DNA from: Octopus vulgaris
Taxonomy: Eukaryota
Direction of reading: 5' to 3'
Assembly: GCA_951406725.2 (NCBI GenBank)
Contig: OX597820.1
Location: 121,644,001 to 121,708,000, forward strand
Length of the DNA: 64,000 nucleotides
Of the stretch, positions 1 to 16,504 are shown one piece after another. Within the stretch, counting starts at the first letter, position 1; every line of letters starts with the position of its first letter. The notes below the pieces were generated by a model. The model did not search any database and was not told the origin of the DNA. It saw only the letters and a list, made by a program, of their open reading frames with translations. A program made the position numbers and the translations under genes.

Positions 1-25
1 CAAATGACGAAGGCAGGTGGTGGGT

Positions 26-428
26 TAGATGAAAGGGGGGAGGAGTCGAGACCAAATGGCGTAAAAGAGCGAAGAGAGAAGATTAATCCCTGTTCACGGC
101 GCAAACGGGAATCCGAATGGCCTCTGTGCAAGGACAATCCGAACACAGACAGGTGTTCCAATGAGTGACCGGTGGAGCGGAAATGGCGTGAGACCGGTGT
201 ATCATTGGCAAGGCGGATGTCTGGGAGGTGTTCCGCGAACCGGTCAGTTAAGTGGCGTCCCGTTTGTCCGATTTACAGGGAATGGCAGAGAGAGCAGGAG
301 ATGCAATAGATGATATTGCTGGAGGTGCAGGTGAAGGACTCGAGGATGCGATAGGGTCGGTGATGGGTGCCAGTGTGGAGGGTGGTGTTGGAGAGGTAAG
401 GGTAAGTGCGGCAACGTGGGCGGGAGCA
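26..428 (-). pseudogene. Decayed GIY-YIG endonuclease of a Penelope-like retroelement (Neptune-like, Cys-rich linker)
   Basis: Manual minus-strand translation: CSRPRCRTYPYLSNTT...ESFTCTSSNIIYCISCSLCHSL*IGQTGRHLTDRFAEHLPDIRLANDTPVSRHF...RREQGLIFSLRSFTPFGLD. This matches the CxxxRC, IIY-CxxC-YIGQTGR-RFxEH and terminal GLN-like pattern. A TAA at 273-275 replaces the Tyr of YIG. It is followed by CCACCTGCCTTCGTC, which is shared with the pLTR fragments at 9.2 kb and 59.5 kb. Confidence 0.9.
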
Positions 429-530
429 AGATAAATGTTTGTTTTCACGTTCAGTTATGACAGAACCAATTTTACGTTATTCTGATTTATGTAGAGTACA
501 CGTTTATTTTTCTTAAACAAGGATCTTGTC

Positions 531-765
<235 letters not shown>

Positions 766-1213
766 AATAGTAATAATCATAATAGTGTGTATCTGTGTGC
801 GTGTAAGTATATTTCCTCCTTTTTAGGTAAGCTCATAACTCCTGAGTAACTTTACACTATTCCTTATCCAACAGGAATTGGCTGAAAGATTGAAGAGTAT
901 TTATTGTCTTTTCCATAATAAATATTCGGTTCTGTTTTAAATACTGGACCACAGATCGATGACGAGGAATTCAGAGTAATACACGAAATGACGATTCCTC
1001 AAGTGACAACATGAGTCTTACGAGTATATTCCTGTCGTTCTAAACCCAAAATTCAGTTCTCACTTCTCTACACATTTTGTAACATAAATGTTCACAAACG
1101 CACGAGCAGGCACACAACCGCACATACTTGTTATTTACGTATAAATATATTTAGAGGTCTACATAAGTGTATATATTTGTATGCATGTGTGCTTGTATGT
1201 ACGTATATATACA

Positions 1214-3011
<1,798 letters not shown>

Positions 3012-3501
3012 TGTGTGTGTGTGTAGCTATAATATCTATGCATATATGTATGCGTGTGCTTTTGTATATCTCTCCCCTTCTCTCTAGATATGTATGTGTG
3101 TGTGAGTGTGTGTGTATGCCTGTGTATAGAACTGTATAGACGCGTATATTTTTATAGAGGCGAATGATTGTATTGATGCCTGTTTAGATGTAAAATATGA
3201 GCAAAAAAATGTCATTTTGAGAAATAATAGGAATTCTATGGGTGCAGGGACAACAGTGTTTGATTTCCGACTCGATAGACAGCCACACATATACACAAAC
3301 ACCTACAGGCATACATATATACATGCGTACATACACACATGTATGCATATAAGAATTTTTGTGTACATATATAGATATATATGTACATATATGTATGTAT
3401 GTATATGTACACGTATATTTACGTATTTCACACATTGATGTGCATACGCACACATTCATACAGATGTGTATACATACATACATATATACATACATACATA
3501 C

Positions 3502-3568
<67 letters not shown>

Positions 3569-3839
3569 ATAATACGTACATTATTCACTCACCCGCACAC
3601 GCACACACACACGTATACACGTATATTGTATACCTATGCATGTATTCATATATGCATGTATGTGTATATATGGTGATAGAAAGGAGGGCGGGTGTTATAG
3701 AAGATAGAGGAAAGTGAATTTTACACGTGTTTGCGCTTGTGTGAGTGTATATGTCTGTGTGTGTGTATTTGTTTGTGTATGTGAAAAAATATATTTAAGT
3801 TTCTATAAATGGACGTGTATACAAGCATTCACACATATT

Positions 3840-3954
<115 letters not shown>

Positions 3955-4346
3955 CATACAGTGCTATTCCTGTACAGAGACACAATTATATAAATACAAG
4001 CGCACACACAGAGTCACGTATGAACATTAAACCTGTAATGTGTGTGTAAAGATAAATCTACGTATGTATAACCGTATGTATGCATGCATGCTTGTACGTG
4101 TTTCTGTATGCTGATAAATAATTTTATTCTTGTATCGAAACTATGAAAAGCGAAAAAAAAAAAATCAATTTTCACCGCAGTCAAGTTTGACATTAAAGGA
4201 AAGAATTGCAGCAGCGAAGCTTTTGAAGGGTTTGGGGGAGAGAAAAAAAAACACATTGCTTGATTGTCCAAAACATCTATTGTTCTGGAATAATGGTGAC
4301 GCTGCGAAACACACACACATCGATATATATGCAGATATATGTATGC

Positions 4347-4500
<154 letters not shown>

Positions 4501-4912
4501 GAAGGAAGAGAGTGAGAGAATGAAAAATAAAAATGGTAAATGAAGAAATGTAAAAGATGAAAAATGATAAAGCAGCCCATTTGATAATCTATAAAACTCT
4601 ATAATTCTCTTTGTATTTCATTTGAAGGGAGGAGAATTTGTAGAGGAAATTGAAACATAATATAAAAAATTTATGTAATTCATGTTTTGAATATATAAAA
4701 AAATAATAATAATAATAATAATAGCATCAGACAGAAAAATGTATTTAAAAAAAAAATAAACGATGAAAAAAAAAATTTTGAACATAGAAATATTTTTTAA
4801 ACATTACAAAATATGTTTTTGTGTTATTTTACGCGTTTTACTTTCTATTACCTTTGTTTTTTATCTCTTTTTTTTTTGTTCTGCTTTAGTATTGTTGGTG
4901 TTATTATTGCCT

Positions 4913-4947
<35 letters not shown>

Positions 4948-6399
4948 ATTTTGTTTATTTATATTTTGCTTCAATTGGCAATATCATCTGAAGATACCAC
5001 ACTTTCATTGTTGAGCTACTAATGTGTATAGTTTATTTGTTTTCTTCTTTATATATCCCTGATTCCGTTTACTTTCCCTACAGAAAGGATTTTAGTTTTA
5101 ACCATGTTTTCGTACTTGTAATCGTTGTCGATGGGCAAAGAATGAGTTCTTCCACGGTAGAGTCTCTCAAGTGTTACTCAGTCTCCGATTGCATTCTTTT
5201 CGGTTCTAATTTTAAATTTTCAGAGGACAATTTCAACATTTTTATTCCTGAGCTGCTCAATAAGAATTAGGAATCAGCAAAAACGCTCTTAGACTCATTC
5301 AAGTTGACTGATCCAAAATGCCGTTGGTCAAGGCAAAAAAAAAAAATCGTCATTGCCATGGAACAAATGAAGAGTTTGTGGATCAAATAAGCAATCAGTT
5401 TTCACATCATCCTGCGTTTGATTGCCTCTCGATATTTTCCATCTCTTGCCACACCCGTATGTGATTGCTGATTCACGCGGCTTCGAGGATTCGGTTAAGT
5501 GGATTACGGTCGGTAACAATGTTCCAAGCCTGGCAGATTCATCTCACATATAGAGAACAACTTTATATGGAAACGAGTATAATTTTTAAAATTATCTTCC
5601 TCTCTAACTTCTATTTCACTCAGACGTTTACGAATTTGTATTTCTTTAATCCCTTCCTCTTCTCATTTTAGACATTTTACAGACAAATGTCATGAACATT
5701 CATCATAAACTGCAATCAAATAAGGAATCTTCTGTTTATCGGTATGTCACGTTATACCATTCATGCACAAGAAATTAATAACATAAACCTTAATTACAAC
5801 AGTAATTAAATTATTAGATATGGAATATATTACTAGATCGGCAAATCATTGGCAAAGGTATTTCAAAGCGTTTCGTACGTAACTCTCTGTAGTCAAAGTT
5901 CAAATGTTCCGATATCCCGAAAATATACGCGCCCCCCCACCACCTGTTGAGCCAAACATGTAGTGAGTGCCACTAACGGCACAATGTTTTCCTACTTCCA
6001 AATTTTGCTCATCTGCATAGATTTTCTTGGAGGAATCAATGCCGTGAAATTAGCCTTATATGTGTGTACGTGTGTTAGTTTGTGTGTATGTGTGCGCGCA
6101 CGTGTGTGTGTGCGTGTGTTAGTTTGTGTGTATGTGTTTGAGTGTGTGTGTGTTTGTATGTGTGTTATTATGTGTGTGCTTCTGTGAGTGTGTGTGTATG
6201 TTACAACGAAAGACAGAAATATATTTTACTCCACTTTACAATAATTTTGGATAATTTGAAACATACAGTATGACTGTACATGAATATATATATATATATA
6301 TATATTTTCCTTCCGGTCTTTCAAAATGTGTCCGCGTGTGTACCGTTGGCGATTTTTTTTTCCTCTGTCTTCCCTTCTCTGGATCTTTCCTTCTCCTAT

Positions 6400-6434
6400 G
6401 TTTCTGACGAAGAGCTCCGCTCGAAACGTTGAAC
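6400..6434 (+). ncRNA. Minimal type I hammerhead ribozyme motif in a PLE pseudo-LTR fragment (~6305-6480)
   Basis: gttt-CTGACGA-a-gagc-tcc-gctc-GAAA-cgtt-gaac: intact core, 4-bp stem II, palindromic AACGTT at stem III, stem I gttt/gaac. Confidence 0.75.
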
Positions 6435-6566
6435 CCTCCTTCTTTCCTTCTTTCCTGAGCGTCCAATAATACTATATTTCGATGAGGAGAGACCTGTTTG
6501 CGAATATCTATTTAATGTTTTTCCCAGCAACCACTGTCACTGATTTCGAAAAACTCTGAAAGCAAT

Positions 6567-6608
<42 letters not shown>

Positions 6609-7369
6609 CATACGTATATATACACATACATATACATATATATATATATATATAATATGTGGTGTGCATGCATGAGTGTGTGTGTGAGTTTATAAGTGTT
6701 TCGCCACACCGTCATACGTAAAAGAGACTTGTTACGCAGCAGGTTTTTCCCTTTCCACTGTCCTTTGTTTTTCGATAGGTTAGTGTATTATTTGAAACCA
6801 TTTGGCCGCTGCTTTGCGCAGATCGTACGACCCTACACAGACACCACCATTGGCTGGTGTCGTACTGGTATACTTGCTGCAAGTCACCATAGATACTGTT
6901 GTCATAGTTACATGGCTGTTGTTGCGGTTCTTCTGCTTGTTTTTTGTATTTCTTCTCCTTGTTTTCATTTGAAAGCTTAAGTAGAGGAGTGAAACAACAA
7001 ACAACACTTGCAATTACATGCACATGCATATAAAATCCTGCACATTTATATGCAAGAGACTGCATTTTTCCATAGAGGCATTGAACATGCATTCTGCCTG
7101 TTTCGTCATTGATATTATGAAGAGAGCCAAAAAAACAAAACAAGGAAAATATTTCTAAGCCTAAGTTTCCAGATGAATGAACAGCGATATGAGAAATTAC
7201 AATATATATTCATGTAAGCATTACACGGCTTTACACCAGCATCCAGTCATAAGCGGGGCTGGTGGAGATGCAAGAGTGTATAGGCTGAGGCACATATATA
7301 AAGCCTGTACATGGAAAGAAGCACACAAGGGTACGCGTTTATAAGCGTGTGTATACATACATACATACA

Positions 7370-7452
<83 letters not shown>

Positions 7453-7566
7453 ACTCACATACATAAAGTTAGAAGATAAGGGACTATAACGTATGTGCGT
7501 GAATATATAAGTATATATATATGTATGTATATATATACATGTATACATATGTTTCTCTGTGTATAT

Positions 7567-7714
<148 letters not shown>

Positions 7715-8221
7715 CATACATATATATATACATATATATTTACATATGTATATACATATATATGTATATACATATATATATAAGAGTATGTGCGCCTCTG
7801 TAGGAACGTCTCTCTTTCTCTCTACACACACATACATATAGGTACATACATACATAATTTCATGAATATTTATAGACTTTGAAGTAAGATAATATATATG
7901 TATATATGTATATATATAAATATATATACGGATGCGTATACGTCCGTATAGATATGTGTTTCTATTATTCATATCGAGTGTGCTTAGGTCACTCTATAAT
8001 CACACCAATGTATCTACACACGGGAATTACGTCATCAGTAGATACATTTAAAGAGATACATAACCAAGTACACACACACATATATGTAAGAGGCATGTGT
8101 ATACTTCCACATTAATCTACATAAATGTATGCAGATCCAGATACACACACACACACAGGCACTCCCTCACGTGACCATAAATATACTTATATGTATGTCG
8201 TAATATATATATATATACATG

Positions 8222-8257
<36 letters not shown>

Positions 8258-8271
8258 TGTGTGTAACACAC

Positions 8272-8321
<50 letters not shown>

Positions 8322-9211
8322 ACATACATATAATATACAAAGATACAGGCACACACACACACTCGTATAAATACACACAACACAGAAATACATACATGTA
8401 TAAAACAATTACGAATAAATGTATTTTCCAGTGTATACATAGATATCTAATATCTGTATATATGCATATTTATATCTATATGTATGCATGGCTGTATGAA
8501 CGTGCGTGGCGTGCGTATTTGTATAAGTATGTATGCATGCATGCATGTATGTATCCATGTATGTAATAATGTATGTAAGTATGTATGCATGTATGTATGC
8601 ATGCATGTATGTATGCATGTATGTATTGTATTCATGTATGTAAGAATGTATGTATGTATGTATGTATGTATGTATGTATGTATGTATGTATGTATGTATG
8701 AATGCATGCAAACGTAGGCCCGCATTGAATCTGGAACAAAGTTCTTTGAATGAGTCATCGTTACTTAATATTAGTTCAGCGCAAAGTCAGAAGAATTTGG
8801 AGTACGATTCTGGACTAAAACAATGGTCAGGCCATGTTATGCGTTCCACAGTATTCTTTCATCAAAACGCAACAACCTTCAGTTTCATATGAAGAGTTCC
8901 ATCACCAAAACCGATGCGTCAGAGAGCCATTATTAAAACCTCCTCTTTTAATTTATCGCTTACTCTTCTAATTGGGGTTCGAGTACCATTGGACTCGAAG
9001 CAAATACACACAATTATAGCTGTGTATGCATGCATGCATGTACGTATGTCTAGATATTTGTAAGTATGTCTGAAAGTCTGCATGCCTGTATGCATGTATG
9101 TATGGATTACGTATATATACATGTATTTGTGTTTATTTGTATGCATGCAAGTTTGTATGTATGTATATATGTATGTGTTTATGTGTGCATGCATATATAT
9201 ATATATATATA

Positions 9212-9500
9212 TAAAGGGAAAGTTTACGAAAATAAACAAAAGACGAAGGCAGGTGGTGTACAAACAAACAGATGTATTAGTATAACGCTCAGGAATAGAG
9301 AAAGTCTTTTACGTTTCGAGCCTCTGCTCTTCTACAGAAATATACACAGAAAAAAATCAAGTAGAGAAACATGGATAGAAAAAAAAATGTGTGTAGTAGC
9401 TAACGTTCTATCATGGCGTCTGACTTCGGACAGAATGGTCAGACGGGAGAGTGGAAGTAGGGGAGATAACAAGGTCAAGATGACCTCCAATACGAAGGAG
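9212..9500 (-). mobile_element. PLE pseudo-LTR fragment with HHR-like motif at 9305-9340 (core CTGTAGA)
   Basis: Reverse complement reads ttt-CTGTAGA-a-gagc-agag-gctc-GAAA-cgta-aaaga...ccacctgccttcgtc. Homologous to 59290-59515 and 61940-62038; abuts (TA)n. Confidence 0.75.
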
Positions 9501-9616
9501 CCCTCAACACAAAGGTGCGTGTGTGTATAAGAGAGTATGTATGTGTTTCTTTTATATACAAATATGCACTCATGTATGTACAGTTTTAATATGTATGCAT
9601 ATTAATATTTATATAC

Positions 9617-10228
9617 ATTCGCTCTTTCGCCATAACATATTTTTATTAGTGTCACAATGCCCTCTGCACATGCGTGCTCACAGTTGGTACTATTGTGGTC
9701 ACGTGATCGAAGTTTGAGCCAATTATATCTTTCAGGCTTTACAGTGTAAGCATGGCCGTTCCACTAGCAACGTGCACCAAAAAAAACAAAAAACAAAAAG
9801 CAGTGATCCGAGAAATGGTAATGTGAACCGATTCACCATTACCATATCTCTCGTCAGTGGTGGAGGTTGAAGGGCATCCTGCACCATCTTCGCGCGTCAG
9901 GCTTGTCTGGCCTCATTTAAACTTTATGATCCACTCTTACACACTTCTACGCGGTAGAGCACTCTCTCCGTATTGTGATAAAAGCCTCCGATGACTTTCA
10001 GCATCTGACACACCTTCCGACCAGAGCAATCGCATCCACTGCTCTTCGTTCTTCCTTGGTGCACGTTGCTAGTGGAGCGGCCATGCTTACACTGTAAAGC
10101 CAGAAAGAGAAAGGGCGTGATCAGGATCAAATTTCGATCACGTGACCACAACAATACCAACTATAAGCACGCATGCGCAGAAGGCACTGTGACAATAATA
10201 AAGATATGTTACGGCGAAAGAGTGAATA
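9617..10228 (-). mobile_element. Mariner-derived fold-back element with duplicated 5' ends and a transposase N-terminal relic
   Basis: Inverted arms ~9617-9780 / ~10056-10228. Minus strand 10084 to ~9852 reads, with frameshift and stops, MAAPLATCTKEERRAV-RLLWSEGVSDAESHRRLLSQYGESALPRRSV*EWIIKFK*GQTSLTREDGAGCPSTSTTD, a mariner HTH region. The left arm repeats MAVPLATCTK. Confidence 0.85.
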
Positions 10229-10262
10229 ATAAATGGCGGTGCCCCAGCATGGCCACAGCTCG

Positions 10263-10312
10263 TGAGCTGAAACTAGAATCAATCAATCAATCAATATTTG
10301 ACTTCCTCTCTC

Positions 10313-10399
<87 letters not shown>

Positions 10400-10448
10400 T
10401 GAGAGGAAGTCAAATATTGATTGATTGATTGATTCTAGTTTCAGCTCA
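10263..10448. repeat. Perfect 48-bp inverted repeat around a (TG)n(TA)n(CA)n centre
   Basis: 10263-10310 is the exact reverse complement of 10401-10448. Confidence 0.95.
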
Positions 10449-10474
10449 TATATATATATATATGTATATATATA

Positions 10475-10601
<127 letters not shown>

Positions 10602-10621
10602 AATAATTACACTTTTATACG

Positions 10622-10848
10622 TGGAAGCGCGTGGCTTAGTGGTTAGGGTGTCTGCATCATGATCGTAAGATTGTGGTTTCGATTCCTGGAACGGGCGACG
10701 CGTTATTTTCTTGAGCAAAACACTTCATTTCACTTTGCTCCATTCCACTCAGCTGGCAAAAATGCGATGGACTGGCGTCCCGTCCAGCTGGGGTGAACAC
10801 ATACGCCATTGAAACCGGGAAACCGGGCCCATGAGCCTGGCTAGGCTT
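10622..10848 (+). mobile_element. tRNA-derived SINE (group A, decayed)
   Basis: A-box-like TGGCTTAGTGG, B-box-like GGTTTCGATTCC, core TTGAGCAAAACACTT, tail GAAACCGGGAAACCGGGCCC shared with other copies. Confidence 0.85.
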
Positions 10849-11203
10849 TATTATTTTTATACTTATATACATGTGTGTGAGTGTGTGTGCGTGCGTGTGG
10901 ATGTGTGTATTTCACTTTTTATTAACATTGCTGCATCCAGGTTTGCATCATCATCATCAGCAGTAGCAGCAAGACCATCAACTACAACCATATTCTAATT
11001 AAGCCTTTTCTTCCATATCTCACTAATGACCATCGCCCTCCGATCAAAAGAATTTCAGTTGACATCCGTCCATCGCTGCCTTCCTACACACGAAACAACC
11101 GCCATTTCACTCCCAGATGCTCTCCAGCTTTTCCGCCATTGATGCTTCTGGACATTTTTTCTTTTAGTTCATATGTTTATGCTGCTGATGCTGCCACTAC
11201 TTT

Positions 11204-11260
<57 letters not shown>

Positions 11261-11318
11261 CAACAGTAGTAGCAGTAGTAGTAGTAGCAGCGGCAGTAGC
11301 AGTAGTAGTAGTAGTAGT

Positions 11319-11390
<72 letters not shown>
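11204..11390. repeat. (AGT)n/(AGC)n trinucleotide repeat
   Basis: Direct reading. Confidence 0.95.
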
Positions 11391-11744
11391 CTATTTCTTA
11401 TGTACTTCTGCCTTCCAACTGCTTTTCCCACTTACGTATCACTTACAATCTCGATAGTCACACTAATAGTTTAATACGCATAAACACACACTCACATATG
11501 TGCGCACGTCTACACATATACGCATACATACCCACATACACACATACACACATACATATATATATATATGCACACTTACATACATGCATACATACATACT
11601 TGCATACATACATACTTGCATACATACATGCATACATGCATGCATATATACATACATACATATTTACCTACATGCATGGATACATACATACATGCATACA
11701 TACATCCATACATACATACATGCATACATACATGCATACATACA

Positions 11745-11778
<34 letters not shown>

Positions 11779-12495
11779 CATACATACATACATGCATACA
11801 AACAAACATACATGCATACATACATACATGCATAGATACATACATACATACATATATACATACATACATATATACATACATACATGGATACATACATACA
11901 TACATGTCATACAATCACGTTGTCCACCATATTCGCCAGTGCGAAATTGTCTCCGATGCAAACCTGGATGCAGCAATGTTAATAAAAAGTGAAGAACCTC
12001 TGGAGATTTATCGCTATTCAAGGCCGGATGTAGCAAAACTCTACCTTCTCCGCCACCGCCTCCCAGCCCCTAATCAAAATAATACAAAATTAAACAGGAA
12101 GCATGGTTTCCCTCATAAATCATATAGAATAGTTTATAGTTCTTGCAAAAGAGAGAATAGGTAAAATGCTGGGCTGGTGGGTGGATGGGTGGCGGGAGCA
12201 GGCTATGATTGAACTCAAAAGTAAACAATGATTAAGTATAAAATAAACACGGCCGCCATCTTATCAAATGTCGGTGAGGCCATTCTTGCCACGAAGCGGG
12301 CCTCAGCGTAGCCCTTTTTACTGACCGATAGATTAACGGTTTGTGGGCAGACAAAGGGACTATGCTGTCTTCTCTTTATGCATCTAGTTGCAGTTGTTGT
12401 CGTTTAGCCCTCGGCCAGCACAAACCAATATGATCTTGTGAGCAAGTTTTTTCTAGTTCATTCCTCTATCGTTATTTAATATCTATCAACTACAA

Positions 12496-12552
<57 letters not shown>

Positions 12553-12553
12553 C

Positions 12554-12678
12554 TTTTTTTTTCTTCTTTCAAATTTGCTTTCATTTCTTGCCGAGTGTCT
12601 CCCCGACTCCTAGGGCAGAGAAACTCATAGTATACATTGGTAGGCCATTAAACTAAACTCACTTGTTCGTTCATTTTT
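12554..12678 (-). mobile_element. Second copy of the (AAT)n-associated ~130-bp repeat
   Basis: Reverse complement of 634-765, directly preceded by (ATT)n. Confidence 0.6.
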
Positions 12679-12737
12679 TTTTTTAAGTTAAATTAAAATA
12701 CATGGGTAGTAATAGTTCTCACATCGACAATGCTCTT

Positions 12738-12803
<66 letters not shown>

Positions 12804-13118
12804 GCTGTTGTTGTTGTTGTTGTTGTTGTTATTTATTATTGTTATTATTATTAGGAAATATCCCTCAGACTTCCAGACTGCGAAGCTCGATCTGATGAAG
12901 TTTTTCTTATGTCAACCAAGAGAAGCGAACATGCAGACAGGGTTTCGTTGTAGATCTTCTTTCATTTCTGAACCGTTTGAACTTGTATATAAATCCGTTT
13001 TTGAACAATTCCACTAGGAAAGAATGTTTTTCTATGAAAAGTCGCTAAACCATCGCTCAACCATTCCCTAATCCTGGATAAAGTGACTCCGTTTGTGAGT
13101 TTTCTACGAGAGAGAGAT

Positions 13119-13155
<37 letters not shown>

Positions 13156-13272
13156 AAGAGAGAGAGATAGAGAGATAGGGAGAAACATATAGGCAGACAG
13201 AGACAGACAGAAAGACAGAAAGAAAGAAAGACAGAAAGAAAGAAAGACAGAAAGAAAGAAAGAAAGAAAGAC

Positions 13273-13339
<67 letters not shown>

Positions 13340-13434
13340 ACAGTGTCCAGTGCATGGCTGGTATTATTTCTTCAACGCCGGAATGATGCAAGATTAAATT
13401 TAGCTCGACGAAATTTAGAGAACTGGTATAAATA

Positions 13435-13650
13435 TTGATTTCAAATTTTGCTACAAGACCAGCAATTCCGGGGGAGGGAGCAAGTTCATTACATGGACCC
13501 CAGTGCTCCAATGGTACTTTATTTGATCGAACTCGAAATGATGTAAAGCAAAGACAACCACGACGGGATTTGAACCCAGAATGTAAAGACGGTAGAAATA
13601 CTGTTAAGAATGTTGTCCGGCGTGATTAACGACTCCTTCAGCACACCGCC
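13435..13650 (-). mobile_element. SINE group C, decayed
   Basis: Similar to the reverse complement of 35975-36195 (ATTTGAACCCAGAATGTAAAGACG, TCAAATTTTG). Confidence 0.7.
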
Positions 13651-14057
13651 TTTTTGTATTGACGCACTGACTCCTTCGACATATTTCTCCTTTCTTGAGA
13701 ATATTTACAGTTAAATGGTGAAACTTATGACTGAGTTTGGGTTCAAAAGAACCAACAAAGAATTTCAGAAACCTTCAATATTGAATAACAGACATATAAT
13801 CTGTAAATGGTGGGTTATTTTAAGATCTAATGCAAATGAAACTCTTGTCAATTTGACGATGTTGGTTCTGTCATAGCTGTTGGTTGAAATGAAAGCTCAT
13901 TCCATTCTGCGATGACAACCATATGTTCCTCTAGTGAAGAACTAAAATATATCAGTCATTGCCACAACATAATGGTGGAAAGACTGGATACCACTGAACA
14001 TTTTTGGTCACAGAATTATCAGAGTCCTTCGGCTTTAACATCAATGGTTGCAATCAC

Positions 14058-14069
14058 TGTAAGTGACCA

Positions 14070-14140
<71 letters not shown>

Positions 14141-14141
14141 C

Positions 14142-14173
<32 letters not shown>

Positions 14174-14269
14174 AGTTGGTGGCGGTGGTGAAGGTGGCGG
14201 CGGCCGAGTAGTGGTAGTAGGTAGTAGTTGTGGTGGTGGTGGTGGTGGTGGTGGTGGTAGTAGTTGTAA

Positions 14270-14316
<47 letters not shown>
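14058..14316 (+). repeat. Compound trinucleotide block, copy 1 of an inverted pair
   Basis: TGTAAGTGACCAATAAGT-(ATT)n-(AGT)n-AGAGTTGGTGGCGGTGGTGAAGGTGG...; reverse complement at 15968-16229. Confidence 0.9.
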
Positions 14317-14929
14317 ATCTATTCTTCACTAGCGAGTTCTGGAAGGGTGAAGATGAAACAGACCGTATCATCCTTCAACATTTTTCTATAAAACATATAC
14401 TAAATAAAATATATAAATTATTGATGGCATAAATTTCAGTTGAAAAAGCGAAAATTTTAATGTAGAACACTGGAAACGACTGGCTTTCGCAGTTTTTGTG
14501 AACGAGAAACGGACATAAAGGAATATAACTTCAATCAAGAGACTGACAGAGTTTCCTGGTTTTGATTTGTCTCATTATATAACAAAAATTCACATTCCTA
14601 TCGAGTGAAAATGAATAATTGAATGCTGTTCACAACAATGGCCATATATCTGCTCAGTGCGAGCCCCGTGAGTCAGCGTGACTGTTCCAGAGCATCTCCC
14701 TCTGGGACCATCGCCTTTTCCATTTTGTCTGCTGATGCCATGGGTGGGGTCTGTCAAGCCCTTTTGGATGCTGTGAGGAAGAGAAATTAAAATAAACACA
14801 AAAATAAGGTGATAAGGCTCAACGTTCATTCGAACCTTCTGACACATTTGACTCATCAGATGGTTTCCAATATTTTATCGTCCTTCATCTCTGCCTTGCT
14901 GAAAGGAAGGCAAACTTTAATGTTATTGT

Positions 14930-15135
14930 TTAGCACTCCGGGTGAAATGCGTACCGTATTTCGTCTGTCGTTACGTTCCGAGTTCAAATTCCGCCGAGGT
15001 CGACTTTCTCTTTCATCCTTTCGGGGTCGATAAATTAAGTACCAGTTACGCACTGGGGTGGATGCAATCGACTTAATCCCTTTGTCTGTCCTTGTTTGTC
15101 CTCTCTGTATTTAGCCCCCTGTAGGTAGTAAAGAA
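14930..15135 (+). mobile_element. SINE group C (central domain GTCGACTTT..CTTTCATCCTTTCGGGGTCGATAAATTAAGTACC)
   Basis: B-box-like GAGTTCAAATTCC plus the conserved central domain, repeated at 19.5, 36.0, 41.7, 45.2-45.5 and 46.7 kb. Confidence 0.85.
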
Positions 15136-15967
15136 AAAAATAACTGTTATTGTTTACAGTTTTACATTGGGCAAAATAACTCGCCTAACAGCATCAGTTC
15201 CTGAAAGCATCAAAACTAAAAACAAAGATTTGCCTCAAAAAAACACACACACACACGCACACACACACGCACACACACACACACAAATGAATGTGTACAA
15301 GTGTGTGTGAGAGAAGGGTGGATGGGTGAAAGGATGGATGATGAATGGAAGCTTGGCGCTTAGATGTCTTTAAGAGGGAGAGGGCATAGTTGGACGGATA
15401 AGAATTGGTGTGTAGTGTAAACATACCGATATATATGCGAGGAATGTTTTAGGAATGTCCCGAATAGAGGAGATATGATACTTGAACATACAGACTTATA
15501 TGTGTGTGTGTGTGTGCACGCGCACGCGTGTGTGATTGTACATACATGCACACGCATGCACGCTCCACACAATCATGCATATACATACGCACGTACACAC
15601 ACACACGCGCGACACACGCATTCATTAAGTGAATTCTGAACAGACCGGATATTGTTCTTTGTGTCAAAGAAAACAGAAGACGTTAATTACCCAGAAGAGG
15701 TAAACAGTTAATATAAAATGGGGAATTGAATGACTGTGGGCAACTTAATTAATGAACAGGAACAGATGCTTATATGAACATCTTGAAAGTCATTAAGCGT
15801 GAGATTATTGGGACGACACCGGAGCTGCTATGGCGGAGAAAAGAAAGAACTTTTATCCCAATGAATTTTGAATTTCACAATGAAATTGAATTGGGAGCAA
15901 AATAAGTGACGGTCACGCACAACCGCCGCCATTGAACGCCTCCTTCTTCGAATGGCACATTCTTCCA

Positions 15968-16229
<262 letters not shown>

Positions 16230-16504
16230 ATAAAATTGCTCTTGAATACAGTCACAGACATTTTGGCCTAATGAGAACCAATGCCGAGGTTCATGGTTGT
16301 TCCGCTTTCTTGGCTGAAATCATCTGAGAAGGCAAAGCAATATAGAATAAGCAAGGTTTCAATAAGGTGCAGAAACGAAGACTTCTTGGGATCAAGTGTT
16401 GTTGTGCAGTTGTTAAAATTGTTTGTGTGGGCAGTGAAGCCATGAGCGTTATGTGGAATAACGGTGTAAACGGTCTTACATGGGCAATGAAGAAGAATTG
16501 AAAG

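Noticed and set aside
12892-12940. CTGATGA plus 9-bp stem plus GAAC hammerhead-like string
   Set aside because: GAAA is incomplete and there is no convincing stem I, stem III or cleavage triad.
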